DNA of 63,882 nucleotides, filler included, from Acidimicrobiia bacterium (GTDB lineage Bacteria; Actinomycetota; Acidimicrobiia; Spongiisociales; JAENVV01): NCBI GenBank assembly GCA_041577335.1. It is 3 parts of 3 records of this genome, joined end to end, with 100 filler letters (N's around TTAATTAATTAA, not from the genome) between each part and the next. Parts side by side here need not be neighbours in the genome. Positions count along the whole stretch, not along the records: positions 43,649 to 63,882 come from JBFGJH010000064.1; 2 more parts are not named here. The stretch is one strand, 5' to 3'. The position numbers and the translations under genes were made by a program. The notes under the pieces were generated by a model. The model saw nothing but the letters and a program-made list of their open reading frames with translations. It searched no databases and was not told where the DNA came from. Shown piece after piece: positions 49,292 to 58,905 of this stretch; positions within the stretch are counted from its first letter, which is position 1; every line of letters starts with the position of its first letter.

Positions 49292-50665
49292 CTAGAGCAA
49301 TGCCGAGGCGATGAGGAGGAAGCCACCGAAACCGGCCAGGTCGGTGATCAGGGTCACGAAGATATTCGAGGCCAGCGCCGGATCGAGTCCCCAGGCTCTC
49401 AGAAGCAACGGGATTGCCGATCCGGCAAGGGTGGCGATGACGAGATTGACGAAAGCCCCCAGCCCGACCACGAAGGCAACGGCAGGATCGAACAGGAATG
49501 CCACACCAAATGCCAGCGCCCCCACTATCACGCCGGCGAGGGCGCCGATGGCCACCTGCCTCCCCAAGATGCCGGAAATCTCGTTGCGGGGTACGTCGTC
49601 GGTGGCAAGGGCACGAATGATCACCGCCAGGCTTTGCCCTCCCGCATTGCCTCCCAGAGTGGCCACCAGCGGCATCAGGATGGCCAGGCTTGGATACTCG
49701 GTGATGATGTCCGTCTGGGACTTCATGACGAACAGGTTGCCGAGGGCCAGCGTCAGGTTGACTGCCAGCCACGGCACCCGATTACGCACCGACCGGTTGA
49801 CCGACGTGTACGCCGTCTCCGTTGGGCCGGCGCCGACGGATGCGGCGAAGTCTTCGGAGGCCTCGGCCTGGACGGCCTCCAGGACAGCCTCGGTGTTGAC
49901 CATTCCCAGCAGTCGTCCGTCGTCGTCCACGACCGGGATGCCAAACAGGTTGTAGCGCTGCGTCAGCTCGGCTACGTCCTCGCGATCGGTGAGCGGAGTT
50001 GCCGACACCGGATTGTGGACCATCACCTCGTCGAGGCCGACGCCGGGGCGATTGAAGACGAGGTCCCGAAACGACAGCACTCCCACCAACTTCTTGTCGT
50101 CATCGGTGATATACACGTAGGACAGGTCTTCCAATTCGTCATGCAGTCGGCGTACGACCTCGATTGCTTCGCCGGCAGTGAGCCCGATCGGTAGCGCCGC
50201 CACATCGGTAGTCATGAGGCCTCCGGCCGAATCTGGTGGATACGAGAGCAGCGCGGCGACCTGATTCGACACGACGTCGTCCATCGCCGCGAGCAGCTGA
50301 TGGCGATCATCGTCGTCCAACTCGCCGATGACGTCGGCGGCTTCCTCGGGCTGCATTGCGGCGAGGACGTCGGCGGCGGCCATGGGGTCCAGCTCCATGA
50401 GGACGTCGGCGGCCAGGTCGGGGCGCATTTCGTCCAGCACCTCGGCCGCCTCGGCCGGGTCCAGGTCGGCGATCAGCTCGGTCGCGGCATCCTCGCCGAG
50501 CTCCTCCAGGATGTCGGCGGCGTCATGGGGGTCTGCGGCCGCCAGCGCCTCCCACTCATGGGGGTGGGCGCCGAGGTACTCCTCGACGCGACGAGGGTCA
50601 GAACGCGCCCGGGCACGGAGCCGGGTCGCCAGGTCGCGGGGGGTACGGAGGCGCAGTCTCACCAT
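49292..50665 (-). CDS. mgtE: Magnesium transporter MgtE
   Basis: Acidic N domain, YPPDSAGGLMT, CBS pair, GGNAGGQ, DPALAS..TLITD. Confidence 0.94.
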   Translation of the reverse strand: MVRLRLRTPRDLATRLRARARSDPRRVEEYLGAHPHEWEALAAADPHDAADILEELGEDAATELIADLDPAEAAEVLDEMRPDLAADVLMELDPMAAADVLAAMQPEEAADVIGELDDDDRHQLLAAMDDVVSNQVAALLSYPPDSAGGLMTTDVAALPIGLTAGEAIEVVRRLHDELEDLSYVYITDDDKKLVGVLSFRDLVFNRPGVGLDEVMVHNPVSATPLTDREDVAELTQRYNLFGIPVVDDDGRLLGMVNTEAVLEAVQAEASEDFAASVGAGPTETAYTSVNRSVRNRVPWLAVNLTLALGNLFVMKSQTDIITEYPSLAILMPLVATLGGNAGGQSLAVIIRALATDDVPRNEISGILGRQVAIGALAGVIVGALAFGVAFLFDPAVAFVVGLGAFVNLVIATLAGSAIPLLLRAWGLDPALASNIFVTLITDLAGFGGFLLIASALL

Positions 50666-50711
50666 GTCGTGTCACCCCAGAGGTAGTCGTCGGTTAGGTC
50701 TGGCCCTCGCC

Positions 50712-51299
50712 TTATAGGGCTTTTGACCGGCGCAATCGTCGCTGGTCCTCGTGGAATGCCAGTGTCTTTGCTGCTCGGTCCAAAATGGCGTCGACTTCGT
50801 GCTCAGAATACCCCCGCATCGAAATGTCGAACACCTTCCTGGCCACGCTGGTGGCGTCGACGAGAGGAGTGAGCGAGCCCTCCTCATGGGCATCCAGGGA
50901 CTGCACAACACGTTCGATGAACTGATCGACCTGGCGCATGTGATACCCGCGAAAGACAATGGTCAATGTTGTTTGGGCCAGATCGGTTGCCAGCAGCAGC
51001 TCCGGAGTCTTCTCGATCGGAGCCGGTGGTGCGCTCACGGCCTCGTGGGTACGGAGAATCCGCTCGACCCGATCGAGGAACTCATCGACTTCTTCGTAGT
51101 CATATCCTCCGACGCCCATGGGGAAGGCCACTTCGCGAACCTCAACTGCGGTGAGCCCGGTGGGCTCGCCCAGATTCCGTTCGATCGCCATCAGCGCACC
51201 GGCGATCCGCCGCCTGAATTGATCCACGTCGCGGCGCTGATAGCCTCGACCAACCCGCTCGAACTTCATCGCAGAAACCTCGCGTGAGGTCAGCGCCAT
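50712..51299 (-). CDS. Protein of four tandem DivIVA N-terminal domains
   Basis: RGYQRRDVDQF, GGYDYEEVDEFL, RGYHMRQVDQFI, RGYSEHEVDAIL. Confidence 0.85.
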   Translation of the reverse strand: MALTSREVSAMKFERVGRGYQRRDVDQFRRRIAGALMAIERNLGEPTGLTAVEVREVAFPMGVGGYDYEEVDEFLDRVERILRTHEAVSAPPAPIEKTPELLLATDLAQTTLTIVFRGYHMRQVDQFIERVVQSLDAHEEGSLTPLVDATSVARKVFDISMRGYSEHEVDAILDRAAKTLAFHEDQRRLRRSKAL

Positions 51300-51452
51300 C
51301 GTCGTACTCCACCTGTTTGGCCCGAGAGCATTGTAGGACCCGCGACGGTCCGGCAGTACCAATCGTGAGCTCTCGCTGAACCAGTCGGGGCGGCCCCGCC
51401 GTTCGTGACCCGCCTCGCTCTTCTCTCGCCGGCACCACTAGTCTCCCTCGTC

Positions 51453-51929
51453 ATGAACGACGAGACGACCTGGCTGACGCCCGCTGCGTATCAGCGGCTC
51501 CAGGAGGAATACGAACAGCTCACGATCGAAGGCCGGGCTCACATCGAAGAGCGCATCGCCGAAGCGCGATCCCATGGAGACCTCCGGGAAAACGCCGATT
51601 ATGACGCTGCCAAGAACGAACAAGGGCTTATGGAGGCCCGGATCCGCCAGCTTCGGTATCTCCTCGACAACTCGGAGATCCGCGAGGCGTCCGACTCGGG
51701 CGTCGTCGAGGTCGGGACACTGGTGACGACCGTCGATGGCGACGGCGACGAAATGGAGTTCTTCGTGGCCCCGCAAGAGAACAAGATGCCCGGCGTTGTC
51801 CTTGCCTCGCCATCCTCGCCCATCGGTGGGGCACTACTCGGCGCGGCAGAAGGAGATACCGTGACCTATGAGGCTCCGGGCGGCACCTACAGCCTCACGA
51901 TCAAGTCGGTGAAACCGTTCGAAGGGTGA
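51453..51929 (+). CDS. greA: Transcription elongation factor GreA
   Basis: EARSHGDLRENADYDAAKNEQ..EARI, SPIGGALLG. Confidence 0.95.
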   Translation: MNDETTWLTPAAYQRLQEEYEQLTIEGRAHIEERIAEARSHGDLRENADYDAAKNEQGLMEARIRQLRYLLDNSEIREASDSGVVEVGTLVTTVDGDGDEMEFFVAPQENKMPGVVLASPSSPIGGALLGAAEGDTVTYEAPGGTYSLTIKSVKPFEG

Positions 51930-51956
51930 ACCACATTTGTGAGGAAGGAGGCTGAG

Positions 51957-52997
51957 GTGGATGCAGTTCGATTGACCTCGTTCTCGCACGGCTCCGGCTG
52001 AGCGTGCAAGCTCAGCGCTGATGAGCTGGCGCAGGTTCTGCGCCCCTTACACAACTCGCCTGCGACATTGCATCCCGATCTGATCGTAGGTCTCGACGAC
52101 GCCGACGACGGCGGCGTCTACATGACGCCCTCCGGCGACGCACTCGTGCAGACGGTGGACTTCTTCACTCCAATTGTCGACGAACCGTTCGACTGGGGCC
52201 GCATTGCCGCGGCCAACGCTCTCTCGGACGTTTACGCCATGGGCGGTTCCCCAATCACGGCACTTCAGCTCGTGGGCTGGCCCCGAGATGTGCTGAGCTT
52301 CGAGCTTCTCCAAGACGTGATCGCCGGCGGCGTATCGGTCCTCGAACAAGCTCAATGCACGCTCGTCGGCGGCCACTCGGTGGATGATCAGGAACCGAAG
52401 TACGGGTTTGCCGTCACCGGTATCGTTGGGCCTGACCGCCTGATGACCAACGCGGGGGCTCGTGTCGGCGACCGGCTCGTCCTCACCAAGCCTCTCGGCA
52501 CCGGCATCATCTCAACCGCCATCAAACAGGGAGTTGCGTCTCGTGAGGCTCGCGACTCAGCAGTTGCATCGATGGTCCGGCTCAATGACTCGGCCAGCTT
52601 GGCGATGACCGACGCCGAAGCGCACGCCGCCACCGACGTGACCGGATTCGGCCTCCTGGGACACCTTCGGGAGCTGCTCGGCTCGGCCGGCGTGGCCGCG
52701 GTAGTCGACGTGGATGAGATCCCACTCTTGCCTGACGTGTTGAGCCTTGTCTCCGAGGGCGTATTCTCGGGCGGGAGTCAGCGGAATCTCGACTCTGTCA
52801 GCCCGATCGTCACCAATTCCACCGGGGATCCCCGCTGGATGCAGATCCTGGCTGATGCGCAGACGAGTGGCGGCCTGCTCATCTCCATGCCGGGCGCCGG
52901 GCTGGAGGCTCTGATGGAGGCGCTGGAGGCATCAGGAGACACTGCGGCGGTCATCGGAGAGATCGTGCCCGGTGAGTCGTCGGTCATCTTGCGGTGA
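51957..52997 (+). CDS. selD: Selenophosphate synthetase, Sec-containing (UGA at 51999-52001), 346 aa
   Basis: AAGGAGG-N5-GTG, then [19 protein letters not shown] in frame with [49 protein letters not shown]. Confidence 0.95.
52009..52044 (+). promoter_or_regulatory. Candidate SECIS region of selD
   Basis: Two hairpins after the UGA: AGCTCA/TGAGCT (52009-52027) and GGCGCAG-GTT-CTGCGCC (52028-52044). Confidence 0.65.
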
Positions 52998-53052
52998 CGC
53001 TGCTCAGGAACGGCCTCCTTCCTCGGTCGGTTGGCCAACCGGCATTTGCCCC

Positions 53053-53475
53053 ATGAGCGACCGACTCGCCGCCATCGCCGAGGCCTTGTCGATCGGTCGG
53101 ATCGAGCGGCACATATTCTTGTGCGCAGACCAGACGACTCCCAAGTGCGCTCCCGTCGCCGAAACCCACCAGTTGTGGGCTTTCCTCAAGCGGCGCCTCA
53201 AGGAGTTGGGACTGTCATCAGCACCTCCTCGTTGGCAGAACCAACCTGACATGGAGGAAACGGCGGTCGTCGGGTCCGGCCGGATTCTGCGCACGAAGGC
53301 TGACTGCCTGCGAATCTGCGAGCAAGGCCCCATAGCAGTGGTCTATCCCGACGGTACCTGGTATCACTCGCTCACCGAAGAGAAACTGGAGCGCATCATT
53401 CACGAACATCTCATAGGCGGTCGACCGGTCGCAGAGTATGCCTTCGCTCGAGACTCACTGGGCGGTGGCACATGA
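53053..53475 (+). CDS. Thioredoxin-like [2Fe-2S] ferredoxin
   Basis: [37 protein letters not shown]. Confidence 0.9.
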   Translation: MSDRLAAIAEALSIGRIERHIFLCADQTTPKCAPVAETHQLWAFLKRRLKELGLSSAPPRWQNQPDMEETAVVGSGRILRTKADCLRICEQGPIAVVYPDGTWYHSLTEEKLERIIHEHLIGGRPVAEYAFARDSLGGGT

Positions 53476-54398
53476 AATGGCTGCGCCGACTGGTGGTCGG
53501 ATGGGCGCTCTTCCGGCTCCTCGCTCCCGAGTGGGTTCCTTCGTTTGGGCCAGGGCAACAAAGCCCGCTGCGGCTCCCGGGTCGTACGGTATTCGTGGGC
53601 GATCGCGAGATCTTTGTGCGCGAGACCGGGCCGTCCGACGGGCATCCGCTCGTCCTCGTCCACGGCTGGGGAGACCACAGTGTCGTCGTCTTCAGCAAGC
53701 TGATTCCTCTATTGGCAGAGCGGTACCGAGTGATTGCCATCGACTCGCGCAACAACGGCAAATCCGACACCGTCCGGGGCGAATATGAGATCGCCACCAT
53801 GGCAGACGAAGTCTCCGGCGTGCTCGACCAGCTCGGCATCCCGCGGGCGACGGTCTTCGGGTACTCGATGGGCGGGATGGTCGCCCAGGCATTGGCGCAG
53901 CGCTATCCCCACAAGGTGGAGCGCATGATCCTGTCGGGAACTGGGGCGGCCGGGCCGGCCACCGATCCACCCGTGTCGGTTCTCGCCATGGTCGGAGCGA
54001 CCTTGGCCCGGGCCGGCGAACGGGTGAGTCGTACCGAGTATTCGTGGCTGCGCACGCGCTACCTGCTGTGGGTCGGGGCGATCGAGCCGGAACACGCCCT
54101 CTGGTACTACACCCAGCATCGCAACCGCGATATCGACGCCTTCTGGGAGGAGGGCGCAACGTTCGGCCGGTTCGACTCCCGCGAGTGGGTTGGCCGCCTC
54201 GATGTCCCGACCCTCGTGATCGTCATGTGCGACGACCAACTCTGGCCGCCCTCGTTCCAATACGATCTTGCCTCTCGACTAAAGGCCCCGGTCGTGGTCG
54301 AGGTACCGGGCGCTCGCCACGAGGGCCCGTTGACCCATCCGGAGAGGATGGCGGACGCCATCGACGACTTCATCTCCAATGAGGTTGTCAGCCGCTGA
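53472..54398 (+). CDS. Alpha/beta hydrolase
   Basis: LVHGWG, GYSMGG, GARH. Confidence 0.88.
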   Translation: MKWLRRLVVGWALFRLLAPEWVPSFGPGQQSPLRLPGRTVFVGDREIFVRETGPSDGHPLVLVHGWGDHSVVVFSKLIPLLAERYRVIAIDSRNNGKSDTVRGEYEIATMADEVSGVLDQLGIPRATVFGYSMGGMVAQALAQRYPHKVERMILSGTGAAGPATDPPVSVLAMVGATLARAGERVSRTEYSWLRTRYLLWVGAIEPEHALWYYTQHRNRDIDAFWEEGATFGRFDSREWVGRLDVPTLVIVMCDDQLWPPSFQYDLASRLKAPVVVEVPGARHEGPLTHPERMADAIDDFISNEVVSR

Positions 54399-54529
54399 AG
54401 CTGCGCTATCCCGCTCGGATAGGCACCTCGGGCCACTTCTCAGGAGGGTGGCAAGGGGCATGAGGAGGCACCGTCACTGTCCCCTCGATTCCACGGCGAC
54501 GCACACAGGCCGCGAGGTAGGCTGCCAGC

Positions 54530-55168
54530 GTGCACCGTCTCACCGATCTCTTCACTCGTCTCGCCCGCGACGTCTACCCGCCGCGGGACGACCTCGTCGA
54601 GATCCTCGAGTCTCCTCCCGGGAAGACCGATGCGGTGGTGGCGTTCACATCGCACCACGTCGTCGCCGGCTCCGTTGATCCCGACCAGGTTCGGTCCCAC
54701 CTCGATCCTGAAGACGACGCCGCACCGATGAGGGCCCCGTTTCTGGCATGGATGGGTGAGCAGCTCGGCTCCCGCCCGGGGAGCCTGCGGGTGGTGATGG
54801 TGGCCAAAGGGGTGGGAGGAGGCGGCGCCGAGCATTTGGAGCGCCGCGACGACATGTACGGCCACACCCGAGTCGCGGCAGCATTGGTGAACCGTGAGAA
54901 CGTCGAGCTCTACTCCGACAAATACGGCCAGAGCATTCTTGTCATTGGCGAAGGTCTCGCCGGCCGCCGCGAGCTATCGGTACGGGTGCCGGCGTCGCAG
55001 CGTCAGGCGGGGACGGGACGGCGGCTCGTACAGGGTGCTTTGGCGCTGACGCCCAAGGGAGTCCCGTTGTTTGCCCAGGTGGCAGCCGGCAATGCTGCCT
55101 CGCTTCGAGCGTTCTACAACGCCGGCTTCCGGCCGATCGGCGCCGAGGTGCTCTTTCCCAAGTCATAG
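54530..55168 (+). CDS. GNAT-family acetyltransferase
   Basis: RQAGTGRRLV..GNAASLRAFYNAGFRPIG. TAGGCT-N6-GTG. Confidence 0.82.
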   Translation: MHRLTDLFTRLARDVYPPRDDLVEILESPPGKTDAVVAFTSHHVVAGSVDPDQVRSHLDPEDDAAPMRAPFLAWMGEQLGSRPGSLRVVMVAKGVGGGGAEHLERRDDMYGHTRVAAALVNRENVELYSDKYGQSILVIGEGLAGRRELSVRVPASQRQAGTGRRLVQGALALTPKGVPLFAQVAAGNAASLRAFYNAGFRPIGAEVLFPKS

Positions 55169-55184
55169 GCTACGGGAGGTTTGC

Positions 55185-56039
55185 TCAGCGTTTGGTGTCT
55201 CGCCGCATCTGCTTCCACTCCTGTCGAAGGCGAAGGAGCATGTCAGGGACCGTCTCGTACTGCTCCAGGGCATCGGGCTCGGTGATGCCAGTGGCGGCGC
55301 GCTCGAGCCCGGTTCTGACGCCCGATGCCCACGCTTTGGTTGCGGCGGCCGCGGCGATGAACGAGACGAGCACGCCGATGAGCACAGCCAGGGCGTACTG
55401 CACTGAAAGCAGATCCCCCCACAGCAAACCGTTGAGAACGGCCAGGCCCACCGAGCCGGCGGCGGCGCCGGCGATGGCCCCGGTGCGAGCCACGCGGGCA
55501 TCGGCCGAGACGGTGACGGCGGTGGATTCCCCCAAAGCCCGGAAGTCGGTCGTGACATGGCGAGCGTTGCGTAGCGCCCCCGTACCTCGCTGCATCTTGA
55601 GGCCGGTGCGCACCGCCACCATCGGTGAGGGGTCCTTCGACCACTGAACGCCGGCGTCTGAGCTCCGTTGCACCCGCAAGCCCTCGTGGCGGCTCATCCA
55701 CGCTTTGGTACGGTCGGTGACTTCGTCGATCGTTTCGTTGGCCACCCGCGTCACCGAGATCCGGTCTTCGACGAACAGGCGCTCGATGAGGCGGGGCGGG
55801 TCGGACGGGGAGAGTTGCAGCTCTTCGGCCAGAGCCGCCGCCACATACTCGGCCGGGATGCCCATTTCCTTGGCGACCTTGCCGATGAGGCCAAGGTCGT
55901 ACGCATCGTCCTGCTCGGAGTCGTGAAGCTCGATGGCTCGGCGGATCACTCGTTCTGCCGACGCCGCGTCGAGACGGTCGGCGAGGCCCTCGACGACCGG
56001 CTCCGCCGGGGCGTTTTCCTGGTTGCGGGATCGATCCAC
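55185..56039 (-). CDS. Hypothetical membrane protein
   Basis: ERVIRRAIEL..VAKEMGIPAEYVAAALAE plus two C-terminal TMs. TACGTT-N7-GTG at 56039. Confidence 0.72.
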   Translation of the reverse strand: MDRSRNQENAPAEPVVEGLADRLDAASAERVIRRAIELHDSEQDDAYDLGLIGKVAKEMGIPAEYVAAALAEELQLSPSDPPRLIERLFVEDRISVTRVANETIDEVTDRTKAWMSRHEGLRVQRSSDAGVQWSKDPSPMVAVRTGLKMQRGTGALRNARHVTTDFRALGESTAVTVSADARVARTGAIAGAAAGSVGLAVLNGLLWGDLLSVQYALAVLIGVLVSFIAAAAATKAWASGVRTGLERAATGITEPDALEQYETVPDMLLRLRQEWKQMRRDTKR

Positions 56040-56080
56040 ATCGATAAACGTAGTCCAACCGAGGGGGGTTCCACGAAACG

Positions 56081-58603
56081 TCAGGGCGTGAGGATCAACA
56101 CGCCTTCGGGGTCGAGGCGGGCCTCTGCCTCCGACCAGACCATGGGATTGGTTTCTCCCGCCGCCCACGGACCGGCCATGTCGATGTAGTGGCGGTGGAA
56201 GGCGTGGCCTGATTGGCCCGTGCTGTGGATGGCAGTGGACCCGTCGAAGTTGCTCATGTCCACAACCATGCGCATCGATGGAATGGCGATTACCTCATAT
56301 CCATCCGCCGGGCTCCAGTGCATCGCGTTGACGATGGCTGGACCGCCGCCGACCTCGAAGGGCCCCCGATTGAACAGCGCCTCGATTGGAGCGATCCCCG
56401 ATTCTCCCAACGTCCCGTTCCGAAACTCGGCTGTGTGGATCCCTCCCCAACGCCACGACTCGGGCTCCTCGCCGAAGATGTCGGTGAGCTCGTCGTAGGC
56501 ATCCTCCATGGCGAGCACGAGGATGTCGTCTCGTTGCTCGACAGTCGTCGTCTCGACGATGTCCCACCATGGGTTGGCAGGATCTCCAACCAGATTGTTG
56601 ACCGCTACGAACATACGGCTCCCGCCGTCGATGGGAACCTCCTCGGAGTCGAGCTCGTCGACGAGTCGCAGGAGCAGATGGCGCCACGTCGCGTTGTAGG
56701 CAGCGGCGCCTGCCGAGTCGGCGCTGTTCTGGAGCGTGGGCGCAAAGAGGCCCGTGCCTTGCTCGGCCCAGGCGTCCATTGCTGCTTGCAGCGCAGCCAC
56801 CGCCTCGGATTCCGACGGGACCTCGAGGAGTTGCGGGAGAAGCTCCCCGGCATGAACATTGCGGGCGTCGTTCTGTAGCTCGTTCATGAATTCGACGGTC
56901 ATGTTGTCGGATTGGCCGAGCACCTCTTCGATGCGCTCCGCTCGATAGCCGTAGGCCCAGTCTGTGGTCAGCAGGTAGTCGTAGCCCGAGTCCACGACAG
57001 CATGGTTGGCCGTGACGATGAAGCCGCGATCTGGGTTGTAGACGAAGGGGAGGGCGTCGAAGGGCACGGTGCCGACCCAGTCGTATTGGCTGGTCCACCC
57101 GGGCACCGGCCAGCGTCCGTCGCCGTCGGCACGGATCGGCGTGAGTCCGGTGGCTTGGTATCCGATGTTGCCGTCGACGTCGGCGTAGACGACGTTCTGG
57201 GCGGCGGTGTCCCAGCGGGAGAGGGCGTCTCGGAAGTCGTCCCAATTCTCCGCCTTGTTGAGGTCGACGATGGCGCCGACGAGCTGCATCGGCTCGAGCG
57301 ACGTCCACCGCAGTGCCACGCCGAATGTCTCCGGCAGATCAACCCCACCGGCAGAGGTTTCGAAGTCCTCGAGACCCCCAAAGGTGTCGGTGATGAGCGG
57401 GCCGTTGCGCGTCCACAAGATCTCGAGCGTTTCGTTGTCGCCTCCCGCTACGACGATTTCTTCCGAGTACACCTCCATGTCGACCCACTCACCATCGACC
57501 TCATACTGCCGGGGATCGTCCGGGTTGATCTTCTCGACGACGAGGTCTTGCGTGTCGGGGGCCAGGTTGGTGACCCCCCAGGCGATGCGGTCGTTGTGCC
57601 CGATCACGACACCGGGCGTTCCTGCAAAGGAGAAGCCCGCGACGTTGAATGGACACTCTTCGCCCACCGTTTCGCAGTGCAGACCGACCTGGTACCAGAT
57701 CGAGGGCATCTGGATGGAGAGGTGCGGATCGTTGGCGAGTATCGGGAGACCGGTGGCCGTCTTCGAACCTGAGACGACCCAGTTGTTCGAGCCGATCCCC
57801 ACCCCGGAGGTTCCGGTCAAGCGCCGCACGTCCGAGATCGTTCTGTTCAGTTCCGCCAGCGCTTCCCGGCCGGGCGTGGCTGTCGGGGCAGGGGTTGGTG
57901 CGGCGTTCGTCGACTCCGACGGTGCGATCACTGGCTGGTCGGTGGGGTACGGAGGCCACAGCTCTTCGGTCATGTCCACCCCCACGGCGCCAGCGGTGAG
58001 GGCTCTCGCCAATTCGTAGTCCATGTTCGAACCGAGATCCCACGACATCATCTTGGCCCAGGTGAGGGTGTTCGTCGGCGTCCACGGTTCCGGTTCATAG
58101 GAGCGATTGGTGAGGCCGAGAACGGCGTATTCAAGGCTCAAACGGGCGCCGTCGTGATCCGCCAAGTACGCGTTTACGCCCTCCGCGTAGGCGTCGAGGA
58201 TCTGGCGGTGCTCGGGCTCGAGAGCCGCATACTCCTCCACGGCGGTTGGCTCCAGCCGAAGCGTACGGAGGAAACGGTCTGTTTCGATCGTGGTCGAGCC
58301 AAACATCTCCGATAGTCGCGCTGCTCCGATGTGGCGCCAGAAGTCCATTTGGAAGAACCGGTCTTGGGCATGCACGTACCCCTGAGCTGCAAAGAGGTCG
58401 TGGGCAGTTGTGGCATAGATGTGGGGGACGCCCCCGGCATCCCTGACCACGGACACTTCGCCGTCCAAGCCGGGCAGCTGGGCAGTCCCGCTTGTTTGGG
58501 GGAACGACCTGCGGACCGTGAACACGCCCCAGACGCCCACGACGACGAGAAGGACGAGGGCGGCGATGAGGAGTCGTTTCAGCCAGCGGCGCACAGTTGC
58601 CAT
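56081..58603 (-). CDS. Penicillin acylase family Ntn hydrolase
   Basis: GVPHIYA, QGYVHAQDRFFQMD, GIGSNNW (Ser nucleophile), ANDPHL, GQSGH. Confidence 0.94.
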   Translation of the reverse strand: MATVRRWLKRLLIAALVLLVVVGVWGVFTVRRSFPQTSGTAQLPGLDGEVSVVRDAGGVPHIYATTAHDLFAAQGYVHAQDRFFQMDFWRHIGAARLSEMFGSTTIETDRFLRTLRLEPTAVEEYAALEPEHRQILDAYAEGVNAYLADHDGARLSLEYAVLGLTNRSYEPEPWTPTNTLTWAKMMSWDLGSNMDYELARALTAGAVGVDMTEELWPPYPTDQPVIAPSESTNAAPTPAPTATPGREALAELNRTISDVRRLTGTSGVGIGSNNWVVSGSKTATGLPILANDPHLSIQMPSIWYQVGLHCETVGEECPFNVAGFSFAGTPGVVIGHNDRIAWGVTNLAPDTQDLVVEKINPDDPRQYEVDGEWVDMEVYSEEIVVAGGDNETLEILWTRNGPLITDTFGGLEDFETSAGGVDLPETFGVALRWTSLEPMQLVGAIVDLNKAENWDDFRDALSRWDTAAQNVVYADVDGNIGYQATGLTPIRADGDGRWPVPGWTSQYDWVGTVPFDALPFVYNPDRGFIVTANHAVVDSGYDYLLTTDWAYGYRAERIEEVLGQSDNMTVEFMNELQNDARNVHAGELLPQLLEVPSESEAVAALQAAMDAWAEQGTGLFAPTLQNSADSAGAAAYNATWRHLLLRLVDELDSEEVPIDGGSRMFVAVNNLVGDPANPWWDIVETTTVEQRDDILVLAMEDAYDELTDIFGEEPESWRWGGIHTAEFRNGTLGESGIAPIEALFNRGPFEVGGGPAIVNAMHWSPADGYEVIAIPSMRMVVDMSNFDGSTAIHSTGQSGHAFHRHYIDMAGPWAAGETNPMVWSEAEARLDPEGVLILTP

Positions 58604-58656
58604 GTCGGTAGGTTATCGCCGTCACCGAAGCCTGCCGCCGTCAGTACCATGACGGT

Positions 58657-58815
58657 GTGATCACACTTGCTCACCAAGGTGGCTGGGACGAGTTCCTGTA
58701 TTTCGTTGTTCCGGTGGCGTTGGGTTTGTGGGCCCTTCGACGGGCCGAGAAGCGCGCCCGAGCCCGGGCCGAGGCGGCTGATGCGGCCGATTCACAGGCG
58801 GAGAAGGCAACCTGA
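58657..58815 (+). CDS. 52-aa single-TM small protein, not in the ORF track
   Basis: MITLAHQGGWDEFLYFVVPVALGLWALRRAEKRARARAEAADAADSQAEKAT. TACCAT-N6-GTG. Confidence 0.75.
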   Translation: MITLAHQGGWDEFLYFVVPVALGLWALRRAEKRARARAEAADAADSQAEKAT

Positions 58816-58905
58816 GTGCCCATAGCGGAGGGAAAGTGATCCCCGCACCGATGCGTCCGGCCGGCAGCAGGTGGGCGCCGGCTTCGCCCACTATGATGCC
58901 GTCCC

